Of a DNA stretch of 64,000 bases, positions 35,139 to 49,290 are shown piece by piece. This DNA comes from Tubulanus polymorphus (lineage: Eukaryota; Animalia; Nemertea): contig NC_134030.1 in NCBI RefSeq assembly GCF_964204645.1, forward strand, positions 13,882,656 through 13,946,655. The letters run 5' to 3'. Position numbers and translations under genes: made by a program. The notes below the pieces were generated by a model. That model did not search any database. It had not been told where the DNA came from and saw nothing but the letters and a program-made list of their open reading frames with translations. Position 1 is the stretch's first letter, and each line of letters opens with the position of its first letter.

Positions 35139-36731
35139 TTGCCTACTAACAAAACATTTTTCTCTTTTCTGGGTCCTCCACAACATAATAATATCTTTTT
35201 CTCTCCCACAGATTCTTTAGAAATTGAAAATATTGTTTCAAAATTTAAAAATAGTAATAACACTGGTCATGATGGTATCAATCAAAAGATCCTCAAGAGA
35301 GTTATTGACGCTATATCTCGGCCGTTAGCTCATATTTTAAATCTAAGTTTGACTAATGGGCAAGTACCTGAATCCTTCAAAATATCTAAGATATTACCTT
35401 TGTTCAAATCTGGAGATGTTTCACATTTTTCAAACTACAGACCAATATCAATACTCCAATGTATTTCCAAGATCTTTGAAAAAGTAGTTTACAAAAGAGT
35501 TATAAGTTTTTTGGACAAGTATAAAATACTATCTCCATGTCAATTTGGATCTAGAAAAGACCATTCCACCAACATGGCTATTACTGTTATCATAGATAAA
35601 ATTATCAATAATTAAGACAATGGCAAATCAACTATAGGAATATTTTTAGACCTTTCGCGTGCATTTGATACAGTGAATCATAAAATTCTATTGTCTAAAC
35701 TTTGCCATTATGGCATCAGAGATACGCCATTACTCTGGTTTAGAAACTATCTTTCAAACCGTTTTCAGACTGTTCTTTTTAAAGAGACTACTAGCACTAC
35801 CTATCCTGTATTCTGTGGAGTGCCTCAATGATCTATTTTGGGGCCGATCCTTTTCTTATTATATATAAATGACCTTGCAAACGCATCAAGCATTTTTAAT
35901 CTTATCATGTTTGCTGATGATGCCAATGTATTCACTTCTCATGTCAATATTAATGAGTTAACTATAATAGTAAATACAGAACTACACAAACTGAATATCT
36001 GGTTTCGGGCAAACAGGCTTTCATTGAATTTGAAAAAGACTCATTTCATGTTTTTCAAACGTGCTAAACATAAACACTCAATTTCTATCAAAATCAACAA
36101 TATGTCTATATCACAAGTCTCGACAACAAAATTTCTAGGCGTTCAAGTTGACGACCAGCGTACTTGGAAGTCACACATTAATAGCATCTCTACTAAACTA
36201 TCACGGTTCATTGGTATAATGGGTAGTCTTTATGGAATTTTGTCAAAAACAACTTTACTGCAGATGATATATTATTCTTTCATTTATTGCCATCTCACCT
36301 ATTGTAATATTGTATGGGGTTATACTTATCCTTCAAACTTAAGAAAGCTTGGACTTCTCCAGAAGAAAGCGGTCCGCATTATCTTTAAAACTGATTTTAG
36401 AGCCCATACCTCACCTTTATTTAAGTCTGCAAAAATTCTTAAATTGGCAGATATATTGAACAATTTTCAAATTGGACAATTCATGTATCTATATGTCAAT
36501 AACAAGTTACCTGAGATGTTCAATAATATTTTTAAGCCGAATGAAGTTGGATACAACACTAGAAACAGCAACAACATCCGCCCTGACTCATTCAAATCAA
36601 ATCTAAAACGTTTTTCAATATAAGTCAACGGTCCAAATATTTGGAATATTATGAATGATTCAATTAAAAACTCCCCTTCTATTGAACGTTTCAAAAATCG
36701 AACAAAAAACCTTTTACTTTCTCATTATTAA
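35139..36731 (+). pseudogene. LINE ORF2 3' part: reverse transcriptase
   Basis: NYRPIS; QFG; FLDLSRAFDTV; GVPQ*SILGP; FADD; KFLGV; YCNIVWG; continues in frame from ..NLANDI. Confidence 0.93.
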
Positions 36732-36835
36732 TCGTTACAGTTTATTCATGAAAATAATAATAATGATAATTACGTATAAGGTGCAATGACCTTCTCAAAT
36801 AGTACTTACTTATGCTCATATGATGTATGTATAAC

Positions 36836-36853
36836 CTTGGAGTAAACTCCAAG
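36836..36853. mobile_element. 18-bp palindromic micro-insertion with 7-bp TSD
   Basis: gtataac|cttggagtaaactccaag|gtataac. Confidence 0.6.
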
Positions 36854-37184
36854 GTATAACTTTATGTATCTATATGTATACATTTTTTTGTGTGTCTACT
36901 AGTAAATGTGTGTGAATATATGTGTGTGCTTTTCTTATATGTGGTGGGTGTTTTGGTGTGTGCGTGTATGCTGCTTGCTTGCGAGCGTGCGTGCGTGTGT
37001 GTTTGTGTGTAGCGTGCGTGTTTCATCTCTATTTGTTCCTCTTGGGGTGCCTGATATTACAAGCTCTGCTTTCCTCTGGTTGCCCTGCTGTTATTTTACA
37101 TCAGTTTATATATATTTTGTATGAATCAAATTAATTATCTATTGTTATTTTGTCTGGTATTTATTTATTGATGTAAATTATTCA

Positions 37185-37185
<1 letters not shown>

Positions 37186-37254
<69 letters not shown>

Positions 37255-37260
37255 TAATAA
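37186..37260. repeat. (AAAT)n/(AAT)n microsatellite, LINE 3' tail
   Basis: Direct observation. Confidence 0.9.
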
Positions 37261-38589
37261 AATCAACAGTCCATCTCACTGATTACTTCATCACAAATAA
37301 TCACCAGCCATTAAAATGTTTAATCCTCATACAATACAATACAATACAATTATCTCACTCAATCAAAATTTCTTGATATAAATGCTCATAGATTTCATAG
37401 GTTTTATTCCAACTGTTGCGACGGTGAACGGAAAAATGGCCAAGAGATTGGACGCCGATTGATGGTATGCGGTAAAAATCCCCTGGGTAAAAATCCTCTG
37501 GGTAAAATACCCCTCGGGATCTTTACCTGGGGGATTTTTACCTACAACCGAACAATGTACAAATAAAACCAGGCCTATGAGACACCCGTAATGTAAAATG
37601 ATATCATGCAAGATATTCATTATAAGCGTATTTAATCCTGCTTCGAATGAATGAACCCAGTCCATTGTTAGGCAATGAATCGAGACACCATACGCGTATG
37701 CAGAAAAATCGACGGTCAACCACTCGTGTGCACTTTGCACTTGACTTAACCGGTGGGCACGCGCGCTTCTATGAAGATATTTTTACGAAAGTAGGATCAA
37801 CAAAATCCTCAAATAAGACTCTATCTTCATTGAAAAATTCTACATTGTATCTCAAAACATGAAAAAGTTACAGTCGATAACACAAAATTACCAATCTTTT
37901 TGAGGCGCCTTCCTTAAAATGACGTATATTTTTTAAACTGTAACTGTATCCGATTGTTGCAGGCAAGAAAAATGAAATAAACACCATCAGAAAATAGAAA
38001 TTGTCACCTTTCTCACGATACATGAATTTAACTTTTGAAGCAAAAGGGGGATGTACAATGAATCGCGCTAAAGGTTTTAGTTTAAAAAATGTAAAATCTT
38101 TCCAACAATGCGGGACCGCCTCAAAATTTTTTCTTTGGCCCTTGTCAGCCACCATAAATTGCGGCCCCAGAGACGTAATGTTACGATCACAAAACTGTGT
38201 CTTGCTTTGATAAAATGGTAAGCTCCGTAGTACTCTACGGAAATACTTGATGACGACGTTTGATCTACCGAGGACAGAAGGAGAGCAGAAATACACCGTC
38301 AGCCACATGAAAACAAGGAGCAAAATTGAATGCACATTTTGGCCGATGGAAGATGCGATGGTTGGTGTGCCATAAATTTGATAAGTTCGCTAAATGCCAA
38401 GTGTGCAACACGCCGTGGTGTAAAAACAACAAATTACAAGTATAAATCGATGGTATCTGATATTAACAAAAATATACCTCAATCAATTCTAAATATGCAT
38501 CCAGGGATTAATTACATTGCTTGAAATGGAAGACATGATCTTATTAGAAATTTACATTTTTAGGTGGTGCTATTATGCTTAGCCCTCAA

Positions 38590-41500
38590 AAATGCTGTTC
38601 GGTGATTGCGGCTTCTGTGCTATTTCAGAACTTTTGTGAATTACACGGCCTCCAGAACATTACCAGAAAATGAATTTGAAGAGCGATCAGATGAGGAGGA
38701 ACATTACGCCGGGACAGATGAAGGTCTCCGCGATGGGATGGAGAAGAAATGAGGCAGCGATACGCTAACGGATATTTCAATCAGCGATAATATATGAATT
38801 CATTCACATCTTAGTAATACATCTTACAAACAGAATATAGGCTATTTTGCTTAAAAACAACTCTGACTCTGACTTTGCGTAGTTGACTGATTTTCTGTAA
38901 TATAATTCAATGAGCATGACTGTACGTACTATAAGTACCGAAACTGCAAAATAAAATCTATATTATATATCAAGTCTATACCAGAGTTCGTGTCTGTAGT
39001 CTTGTCGAGGACCTAACCTAAGTGAAAACAGCACATTTTGGTCCCTCGAGCCGTTAAGAATGGCAGAAATCTTGAAATCTAACGACTACCAGGCGTTGGT
39101 GAGAAAAAGAACTGCACAGAGAGCTCAATCTACTTAGATCATCAACGTAGCCGACGAGATCACGAACAGCCAAACCTGCCAGCCACCAGACATCAAAAAA
39201 CTCCAACGTAGTTCATGTCAGCTACAAGACAAAATCCGAGAACTCGAACTGATAAACGAATCCATGTTACAGATGATCGACAATGATGAAATATACATGA
39301 AAGTGTCGGAAGAGGCGGAGGATGTAATCTCCAAAGTGAAAGACCGTAAGTTGTTTTACGACCAATATGCTAACGCGCGAACGTCTCCAAACTGTCCGTC
39401 AGATATTAACAGTTCAAACACCCGAATTAAAGTTAATCTCCCAAAATTAGAACTTACCACATTCAACAGAAATGTTATGAAATGGTCACCATTCTGGGAC
39501 TCTTTCAATGCAGGCGTTCATTCAATACATTCGATTCCGAATGTTCAGAAATTTCAGCATTTGAAACCATTATTGTCCGGTACAGCTCTGGATTGCATTC
39601 AAGGGTTGACACTAACTGACGCAAATTACATACATGCGATTGATATTTTGACTCGACGTTTTGGCCAGGAACATGAAATCATCGACAGCCATATGCAAGC
39701 GTTAATGTCCGAACCAATTCCTTCGTATAACTCTTTCTCGATGAGGAAATTCACAGATAACTTTTGAGTGTCACGTACGAGCGATAGAAAACCTTTGGCG
39801 ATATGTCATACCGAGATATGTTAGTTTCTTTAATCTGGAATAAGTTGCCACCAGAATGCAGAAGTAATATTGTTCGCTTTCATGGCAATAGAAGATTTTC
39901 CCTGAATGAAATACGACAATTTCTGTTTAATGAATTAGATATTTTAGAAGCTGGAGCTGGGAAGCGAGAACCATCAGTTTCTACATTGTTCACTTATCAG
40001 AGACAACCTGTAAACGTACTCCGAAATCCTAGGAATCAAAGTTTTACTGTTAAATCGAAATATGTGCATTGCACATATTGTAAGGCTAAAGACCATAACT
40101 CAGAAAACTGTTCGAATTTGAAATCTGTGGATGATAGGGTTGCTCATATAAAATCAAATAAATTATGTTTCAACTGTTTAGGTCCGCATCTCATTATAGC
40201 TTGTAAATCTCGATATAATTGTAGATTGTGTAAAAGAAGACATCACACTAGCATTTGTACATCAATATTTCAAGCTAAATCAGGAAATAATCAAGTACTT
40301 GATAATCCAATTGACGTATCTTCTCATCAATTTCAGACTTCTCGACAGTTGTTGGCTACTAATACTTCAAATGCTCATTCGAACGTTGACAGGGATCAAT
40401 CGCCTTTACAGCAACAGGATGATTCAATGTTGAACTCGGTTCAGTCTCATCAACCAACTGCAGACGTATCCTTATCCATTGACACTGAGCGAAAATCAGT
40501 GTCTACGTTATTCACAAAAGGTCATAGTACAATACTTTCAAAGACAGCAATAGCGCCCGTACTCAACCCTGAATATCCTCAACTCCGTCCACTCGCTAAC
40601 ATAATTTTCGATGAGATCTTTCATTTCACATGACTTGTCGCAACAACTCAATCTTCAACCATTGAGGCAAGAAGAACTTAACATTTCTTGTTTTGGTTCA
40701 ACGAACTCTGGTCATCAAATTCTTAGTGTAGTAAATCTTCACATTGTTAGTAAAGATGGCAGCTTGGTACAATTAGAATTATTAGTATTTCCTATGATAT
40801 CGACTCCAATTGACGTTAGTTCTATAACACAAGTACATTATTACTCTCACCTTCGTGATCTCGAATTAGCACATCCCCAGGTGATGGTACCTTCACAATC
40901 CAAATTTTGATAGGTGCAGATAATTACTACAAAATAGTTGACGGTCATTGTATTAAAGATGTGAATTCTAATTCCCTTACTGCCGTAAAAACAAAACTAG
41001 GTTATGTCTTATCTGGTCCAGTAGAATATCCAAATCCTAGTTCTCAATCAATTTCCATGATTAGCTTAGTAGAGAATCATTCCGAGCAAAACCTGAATGA
41101 GTTTTGGAAAATAGAATGTTTAGGGATAGATGATAAAATAGCAATCCCGGATTTCACGCAACGTTACTCCGAGACCATTATTCAACAAAACAATGGTCGA
41201 TACATAGCTCCATTTCCTTGGAAAATTGAGCACGAATCACTGCCTACCAATTATGATATATGCATGACTCGCACTCGCAAAACAGCTCAACGTTTAGGCA
41301 AAGATCTAGACATGTTACGTTTATATTCCAAAATTATCCACGAACAAGAATCCCTCAAGATCATCGAACGAATTCCTCTTCACGAAACAGTTCGTTATGA
41401 GGGAAAATGCCACTATATTCCTCATCACCCCGTGTTTAAAGACTCGCCCACAACGCCGATTCGCATCGTGTATAACTGCAGTTGTCATGAAACATTCTGA

Positions 41501-42571
41501 CTCTCCTAGTTTGAACGACTGTCTTGAGCCCGGTCCTGCCTTACAGAATGACATTTCATCCATTCTTTTACGCTTCAGGTTATTCGAGTATGCCGCCATT
41601 TGTGATTTTGAAAAGGCTTTCTTGCAGATTTCTTTAGGTAACGACAAGGACTTCACTAGATTAGGTTGTCTGATCCAAGCGATCCTGAAAGTCCATTCGT
41701 TGAATATCGGTTCTGTGTTGTTTTGTTTGGTGCAGCTTCCTCCCCGTTTATACTAAATGTAACGATTATCAAACATCTACTACAATACGATTCTACCGTT
41801 TCCAGATCCATGCTTTCTAATGTTTATGTTGATAATTTCGGTGTATCTGTTCCGTCATCCGATGCATTGGACAACTATTATTGTGAAAGTCGCGACTTAA
41901 TGAATGATGCAAAATTCAATCTTAGATCTTGGGCTTCTAATGGCGAATCTACACATGAACTTGCTGTTTCCGATGGGGTCTCTTACAATTCTACAACTGT
42001 CAAATTTCTAGGTTTAAAGTGGAACGTTCATTCCAATAAACTCAGTTTTATATCGAAGCCCTCTTTGACTGCACCTGATGAGCTCCTAACCAAACGTGAA
42101 ATCTTGAGTGCAGCCAGCAAGATATATGATCCACTTGGTGTGCTTACTCCTGTAATTATTCGCGCGAAAATATTCATGCAAAAACTCTGGTCAATGGGCG
42201 TAGAATGGGACGAGCCACTGAATGATTCAATTGTTGCTGAATGGTCGAAACTATCCATGTGCTTACATACTATAAGTTCTACCTTTTCTATTCCCAGATG
42301 CCCGGATCCAATTTCACTGATGTATCGAATTTACATGTCTTTGCCGACGCATCAGCAAAAGCGTATGGGGCATGTGCCTATCTTTGTTGCAATAGATGCT
42401 CGATTTCAAATTTGATCATCGCCAAAAGTCGAGTAACACCGGTAAAGACAGTCTCTATTCCGAGACTAGAATTGTGTGCAGCTGTTGTTGAATCTATATT
42501 ATATATCAAGTCTATACCAGAGTTCGTGTCTGTAGTCTTGTCGAGGACCTAACCTAAGGGAAAACAGCACA
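38590..42571 (+). mobile_element. Bel/Pao LTR retrotransposon lacking integrase and most of the 3' LTR
   Basis: 81-bp LTR end repeated at 38955-39035 and 42491-42571 (1 mismatch); PBS-like tggtccctcgagccg directly after the 5' LTR; 5' boundary approximate. Confidence 0.9.
39060..42490 (+). pseudogene. Bel/Pao gag-pol (gag, zinc knuckles, protease, RT, RNase H), frameshifted
   Basis: LPKLEL..WSPFWDSF; CTYC..H..C, CFNCL..H..C, CRLC..HH..C; IIFDE..SFIS; CLEPGP; CDFEKAFLQI; FGAASSPF; YVDN; LHVFADASAKAYG; IPRLEL. Confidence 0.93.
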
Positions 42572-43359
42572 CACGTATTATATTTTATTTATTCCAAAAT
42601 AGATTTACACAGTGATCATTCCATGCCTTGTATGTTTTAGAATACAATGTATCTTCATTTGAAGTGAATGAAACGTATCAGCGGTTATGATCACAGCAGA
42701 GAAAAGAATTATCATATAGCCTAAATGATGTTCATGTTATTTTTTATAAATAAGTTCCATTCTTTGATTTGTTTAATCCCATTCTTTAAATTGTTTAATC
42801 GATAACGAATGCACTGAGTCTGAGAGTCAGATACAGTGGTATATCGCTATCGGACACACGTGAGCTCCTTAATTAGTACGGGCAGTATTACGGAGCGTCA
42901 CGCTCTGGACTGGGTGAAGTCCTGAAATGAATCATTCAGGTTGCATCTAAAACAATAAAATCAAAATCGGAGCGAAAAAACCAAAGGGCGGTAAGAGGTA
43001 TGTAATTAGACAGACCCTCCGATTACGCGACATGATTTTTAAAGAATCTCTAAATCTCTAAATTTAGTTCTCTTTGCTCGATTGTGTTTCTTCATTAACT
43101 CGTGAAAGTCCAGAGCGTCTTACTTAAACCAATAGAAATTAACAATCTCTCAAAAATTAAAAATGATGTTTTTCGTCAGGTCATAACAAAATTCGAAGAA
43201 TAACAGCGTGAGTTCAAGATCCATGAGAAGGAAATTAAAGTGTTGAAAAGTTACAATTCATTTCTCAATGAAAATCCCTAATAATCAAATAAAAAAAACT
43301 GATAAATTCAAATGACAAGACAAGAGGCCCATGGGCATTGAAGCATTGGTAGATTATAC

Positions 43360-43393
43360 CATGGACGTATAAACTCTATTTTATACATCCATG
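43360..43393. mobile_element. 34-bp palindromic micro-MITE with CATGG ends
   Basis: attatac|catggacgtataaa-ctctat-tttatacatccatg|attatag; 7-bp TSD with 1 mismatch. Confidence 0.55.
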
Positions 43394-45039
43394 ATTATAG
43401 CGTGGTAAGGTATTAAGTGGTTAATGCTTTACATCTGCCGGAAAATGTTCTATGACGATGTTGATTGGGAGGACCACAGACTTAAGAATTGAATGAACTT
43501 CATTTTTCTGCCGAACGATTTAGCCTACGCTATTTGTACTGTTGAACCTCATTAATGCAATTTTGTTTAAGGCGAAACAAGTTTATTCTGATTTTTTACA
43601 TCATGTCCCAGCCAAGAGATTTATATCAATCCAGATTTGTATCCAAAAACCCATTTAATACAACAATCAGCACTTTCGCCTACACGAGATTCGTATTTAA
43701 TGTACATCTGTACGGGTAATCTCGACTGACCGTGGTTTTCCTTGCATGAACTGTTAGGCCCTATTGCCGGATAATGAAAACAAAAACAGAACAATTTTTC
43801 TGAATGCAAAATACTCTGAGGCATAATAGGTAGATCAACCGGAAAAACGTACGCATCAATCAAAACGTCGCACTGAGAGCGATGGCGGCATTGGTGTCAC
43901 TACTGAGGCAGGCTGATGATTGCTTGTTTGTCTTTTTGTTAGTTTACGTCGTTCGGACCTTGGTTTCCCTATTTGATTGTTCAATCAACCTCATGACGGG
44001 ACGGCCAGTGAAGTGTTGCCCGCACACTGTGAGCAGTCAGCAGCACACGAACCCACTTATCACTCAACACTAATAGTGGATGCAACAGCATCACGCCTTA
44101 TCTCACTGTGCGACCGAGGCCGCTCGATTCAATTTAAAAAAAAACTACACTCAGAAGCGGCAAATAACCATCGCGATATTGCAATTTACGACAAACAACG
44201 TGTAAATTTAATCACTGTTGTGGTGTTCAACGCGTGGAAAAGATTGAAGTTATTTTTCCCGGCGCGCATTACAAACCGAATCTATCTGCCGAGTGCGTAA
44301 AGGGCTGCTACCGCCTCGTGAGTGCGCAGGAGGCGGGCGGAGTATCTTAAAGTGAAAACTTATCTTAGAATATAGCCGAACCGATGGAATTTTACAATAA
44401 GCTGTCAGTCAACTGATTGATGATACAACATGGTTATTCAAAGCGTACTTATCAATGATATTCCTCCAATAAACAACTCTGTTAAAATCGAATAAGATAA
44501 AACGTCTTTATTGGTGATATCGTATCATGGTGGTAGCCTACCGTTTACCGTTTAATGTTTCGTGTCATCATGAAATGGTTTTAAATTTAGCAAAGGCGTT
44601 CCCGCACGATCACATAACTTACCTATACGGGCTTCTTTCACGAGTAGGCGTGCCGTACCACTGCTCTAGAAATACGTATTCTAACGCTGAGAATTAATCC
44701 CAATTAATGCCATGGCTACTGATAGTTGGAATAATAGTGATATTCAAACACTATTGATATTTATAAATCGGAGGTACATAACTTTATGTTTTTCCATTCA
44801 GAAGAGGCCGTTCTCCATTCTTTACTGCCCATGTCAATGCGGACATATCACTACGCGATTGCTTAACCCCTTCTCATCCACCAGATAACTAACGAGAAAA
44901 TGCAATAGAATAATTTTTTTGGGCCATTAAATCAGAAATGGTTTTAGAAAGGAATATATTTTTAGATCATATTTTTTCCCTGAAGAGTGTAATAGAACTC
45001 TTTTTGCAAATGGAAAAAAAATATATTGCAAAAGCAAAT

Positions 45040-48000
45040 GCAAAGTCTTGTGTGAAAGTTGATGGGGGAGACATCTGACTTTTTTGAATCCCTAACGGGC
45101 TTAAGACAGGGAGAAAACCTCTCTCCGACATTATTCTCTATATTTGTTAATGACATGGAACAATATCTATTAGACGAAGGTTGCCCGAGTATCGATTTTC
45201 TTAGAGAAATGACAACTGTATATGTTTTAAATTATTAGTACAACTGTATGCTGATGATACCGTGTAACTGGTCGAGAACCCATTGAACCTTCAGGTATTA
45301 GCAAGTAAAATGGCTGAATACTGCCAGAAATGACACTTAATAATTAACTATGATAAAACGAAGGTTATAGTTTTTGAGAAAAGGTAAGGCCGCCGCCGAC
45401 CAAATATAATGATAAACGGCCATCAGATCGAGGTAGTTGAGAATTTTAGGTATTTAGGTACTATTTTTTAATAACAATGGTAAATTCACCCTCTGTAAAA
45501 AATCTATCGCAGAGCACGCAAACAAGGCGTTGTTTTATGTCCTAAATAAAATTCAAGCGCATGCCCTCGGAATTGATATTGCATTACAATTATATGACAG
45601 TATGGTACCTCCTATTCTTACCTTCGGATGTGAAATTTGGGGAATTGAAAATGTGTCTTTCCTAGAAAGGATTCAATTGAAAATTTTTAAGTACATTTCG
45701 AAGCTAAAGAAGTCAACTCCTACCATTTTTGCGTATAGAGAGTAAGGGCGTTTTCCACTTGAAATTATTATAACAAGATAATCAATTTCAATAAATCATT
45801 TGACGCCTGCAAAAAATGTAGAATTTCTGGGATAAGCTAATGTGGAATTGCAAAATTGAAATAGAAATTTTAAGAAATTTGGGGAATTATGAGATTTGGC
45901 GATTTGGTAGGTGATAGGTCTTCGACTGTACAGTACTGGTTTAAGTTTTTTATTGAAAATTGTCAATAATTGATAACTTGCGATCGACTTCATTCACTTT
46001 TTTGCCTGTAAGCTGGTCTGCAACTTCATTGCCTCCATGGTTGAGGAAAGAGCTCTTCTGATGTCTGCTTCATCATGACTTTGGAGCATAACGTGTGGCC
46101 TAGCCAGCCGGGCCGGTCCTTTCGGTTTGGCTGTCACTCGATGTCCTCTTGAGTCTGGGTTGAAGTAGACATAGACTGGTTGCCTGTCCCATTCAATATG
46201 GGACAGGTTTTGCCGGTCCGCCATCTTCCGCGGAATTTACGGATCCAATCAGATTTCAGTATTTCATCACGTGAACAATGTAACATGGCCACCTACACAG
46301 TGTCTCGATTTACGTTCCATGGACCTCTTTAAAGTCATGTTTTATATCAATGAAGAAAGAAATCCCATTAAAACTGCCAGGTAACGCTTCTGCAGGCACT
46401 TGTTTAGCGTGTGGTACCGAAAATATTTTATATCAGGATGGCTGCGTGACAGCGCCGTCAAACCTACCGGTCGTCAATCAGCAATTTGGACTGGATGGAA
46501 ACAACAGTAGATACAATACTACTACTACTGACATACTGTCACCGAACCATGCAGCAGAGGCTACTTGTTTGATCACTCGAGGCGATTGATTGATTGTTCT
46601 TAATGTGACATTGGACATCAGCAGTTGATCCAGTGAAAATAATTACATCAACAAGGTAACTTCACCTAGTTATTTACTTCGTAAAAATGTGAACATTGAA
46701 TACGAGTGCTATTTCACAAACACTATATTGATTATCTATTGTAGATTATTGTGAGCGTTTTAGTGATGATTTTGTGAGTCACAACTCGTAGGATGTTTTA
46801 AGAAAATGAAGTAATGCGTATCAAATCTGAGCTCAAAATGAAAAGAATAGATTGCAATGCATCACGGTAAGTTTGAAAAATGGATTCTGAACCATTAATT
46901 GTAAAGTCAATCCAGGTTTAATTGTAAGTGTGATATGCATTTTAATTTCAGAATGATAACATCATGCAGTAATCAAAGAGAATAAAGAATCAGCACTAGC
47001 TGTCATGAAATGAGATTCCAAATAACAGGCGGTGAAACTCCTTGATTGTGATAAACTCATCATCATCACCAACATTGACATTGTGTGGTCCATGAGGAGA
47101 GTAATTTCCAGTGTGATCTGAGTAACTTGTCTTGACCAACTTGCTGTCTGTATCAGAAATCAGTAGGCTGAGGTGGATCCAAATATCTGATCTCACAAAG
47201 CACTATTGAGTTCAACAATTGTAAACTTTATTCAGATAATAAATATAGTCATTTTACAACACTGTATTAAAACATCAATTCGCTTAATACATCTCACGGT
47301 AGATATAGAAAGGATGTCCTCTGTTCCTTCAGAATGTTCTGTATTCAGTGACGGTCGCGGCAGAGCTCACCTCGCATTAGATATCGATCCTTGTTAGTTT
47401 ATATTCCGAGTACCAGGTAAATTATCAGCGGATTTATCTAATACTTACAGCAATTAATGTCTTTCCGTTCATTGTAAAGGACAAATAAATTTGATATCCC
47501 TCGAAGCTAAGCAGATTCGAAGAGACGCCATCTTAACCAGGAAGTAACTTTCTACTTTACATGTTTGACCTTATTTGACATGCATCGAAAATGTAAAATG
47601 GAGGATGGGCACAACCGGTCTCTAATTGAAGATAGGAGACCGGTAACCAGTCTAGAAGTAGACAGTCATTTAAAATAGCTTATTAATGTTATTCTGTATG
47701 AATTACGCGTGTGTCTTGTTTGTTGTATTTTCTAATTTCAAAATTTGTAACTTTATTGAATTTAGGAATTTTTTTATCCCGGAATTTTATATGTAATAAG
47801 GATCAATATAGAATTGAATTGAATTGTCACCTAATACATGCCATCAGAGGATGCGGAGCCGTATATGACAGCTATGCTATTTTGAATTGCTAATCTCATG
47901 AAACCTGCATACCCCAAATATCGAACAAATTTTCAAAAACATTTTTAATAATGAAATCATATGTTTACACATTTTTATATTGACCGCTTGTAGCCGCCGA

Positions 48001-49290
48001 TGAAATTCACGCCGGCCCTTTTACAGATCGTACATAGCTTCGTCATTCCACCAGCATCCCCATGTTAGGGTCTTAATTTTATATCAGACTTCCGAATCGT
48101 GTATACATCCGCCATTTTGACCGAATATTCCGATTTACTTATCATTTGTATTTATGCCTGCCACTGTTGATATAATACATCCTTTACTATTACAATACGT
48201 CTTCTAATGATTTTCAATGCAATATAACATTTCAACGTTCAAATAAAGCTCATTATATAATCACAGGAAGCCATTCTAAGTCTGTGTCAATAATATTTTG
48301 CCAAATAGCTCGTATGTGTACACATACCCTGTTACGCTTTGCACATCGATTTACGGTTGTCGTTTGTAAAATGACGCTGAATGGTTAACATCGTTTAGGT
48401 TTCATAATGGTAACGTTTTATAAGGCGTCAAAAATTAGATTAATTAACTTCTCGACTGAAACTGCGTAATAGCAATAAATTATCATCTGAAATATCGCAT
48501 GTAATACTAAAGTCTGCGGAGCGTGGTTCCCGCCATGACTGGTTAGTTTTTATCCAAAACACGCTTATAACGAACGGTCTTGGACATATTTTGTACGATC
48601 AAAACCCGCATGACCCCGATTATGTAGCGCAAAGTCTGTCACTACGATTAAAGGACCAATGTATTCAAAATTGGGCCCGGGATCAGTGTAACATTTCTAG
48701 TATTGCTGAATCATATAAGATATTCAAAACAGAATGGGGATTTGAAACTTATCTTACTCAATTGTCAGACGATTTAAGGATAACCCTTTGAAGATTTCGA
48801 TGTTCGAACCACCGCTTACCGATTGAAACTGGGAGGTATAACCGTGTCCCACATGCGGACAGACTTTGCACAAAATGTAATATGCGAGTTGTCTGTGACG
48901 AATTTAATTTTATATCTGTTTGTCCGTTTTTTGCCAATTTTTGTCGAGACCTTATTAGCTCGTACTTTGTAGATAACCCACAATTACATAAATTTGTGGA
49001 CTTATTTAGATCATCTGAGGTAAAATTCCGAAAGCTTGCCTTATTCATACGAAGAGGTCTCAAATATTTTGAAAACATTGCTGTATTATTTTTGTCGCAC
49101 ATTTACTGTGTAGTGTAATTTTGGATATATATTAGCCTTGGCTATCACCTATCACCTATCCAAAATACAACATAATTTTGCTTCTGATGTTGTCCTGATA
49201 TTGTGTCGTATTGACATTCATGTCGTTTTGTGTTTTTGCTCTAAGCAAATGTTTTTTCGTGAGCAATAAAATATTCTATTCTATTCTTTT
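45040..49290 (+). mobile_element. 5'-truncated RTE-X-like LINE split by an insertion (45771-48429)
   Basis: GLRQGENLSPTLFSIFVND; LYADD; YLG; PILTFGCEIWG; RFPLEII|KIRLINF; RCSNHRLPIETGRY..RLCTKC..DEF; aataaa and (ctatt)n tail at ~49265-49290. Confidence 0.8.
45771..48429. mobile_element. 2.7-kb insertion, possibly Helentron-like non-autonomous element
   Basis: Boundaries defined by restoring the RTE-X frame; short subterminal inverted repeat tttgacgcc (~45799) / ggcgtcaaa (~48423); A-run target with no clear TSD. Confidence 0.5.

Larger units (their letters stand above)
25906..37260 (+). mobile_element. Near full-length CR1/L2-group LINE, interrupted at 28833 by a 6.3-kb insertion
   Basis: 5' UTR, ORF1, APE-RT ORF2, 3' UTR and (AAT)n tail at ~37186-37260; 5' boundary approximate. 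Confidence 0.9.

Noticed and set aside
36906-37134. Cys/Val-rich ORFs in the LINE 3' UTR
   Set aside because: Translation of (GT)-rich low-complexity sequence
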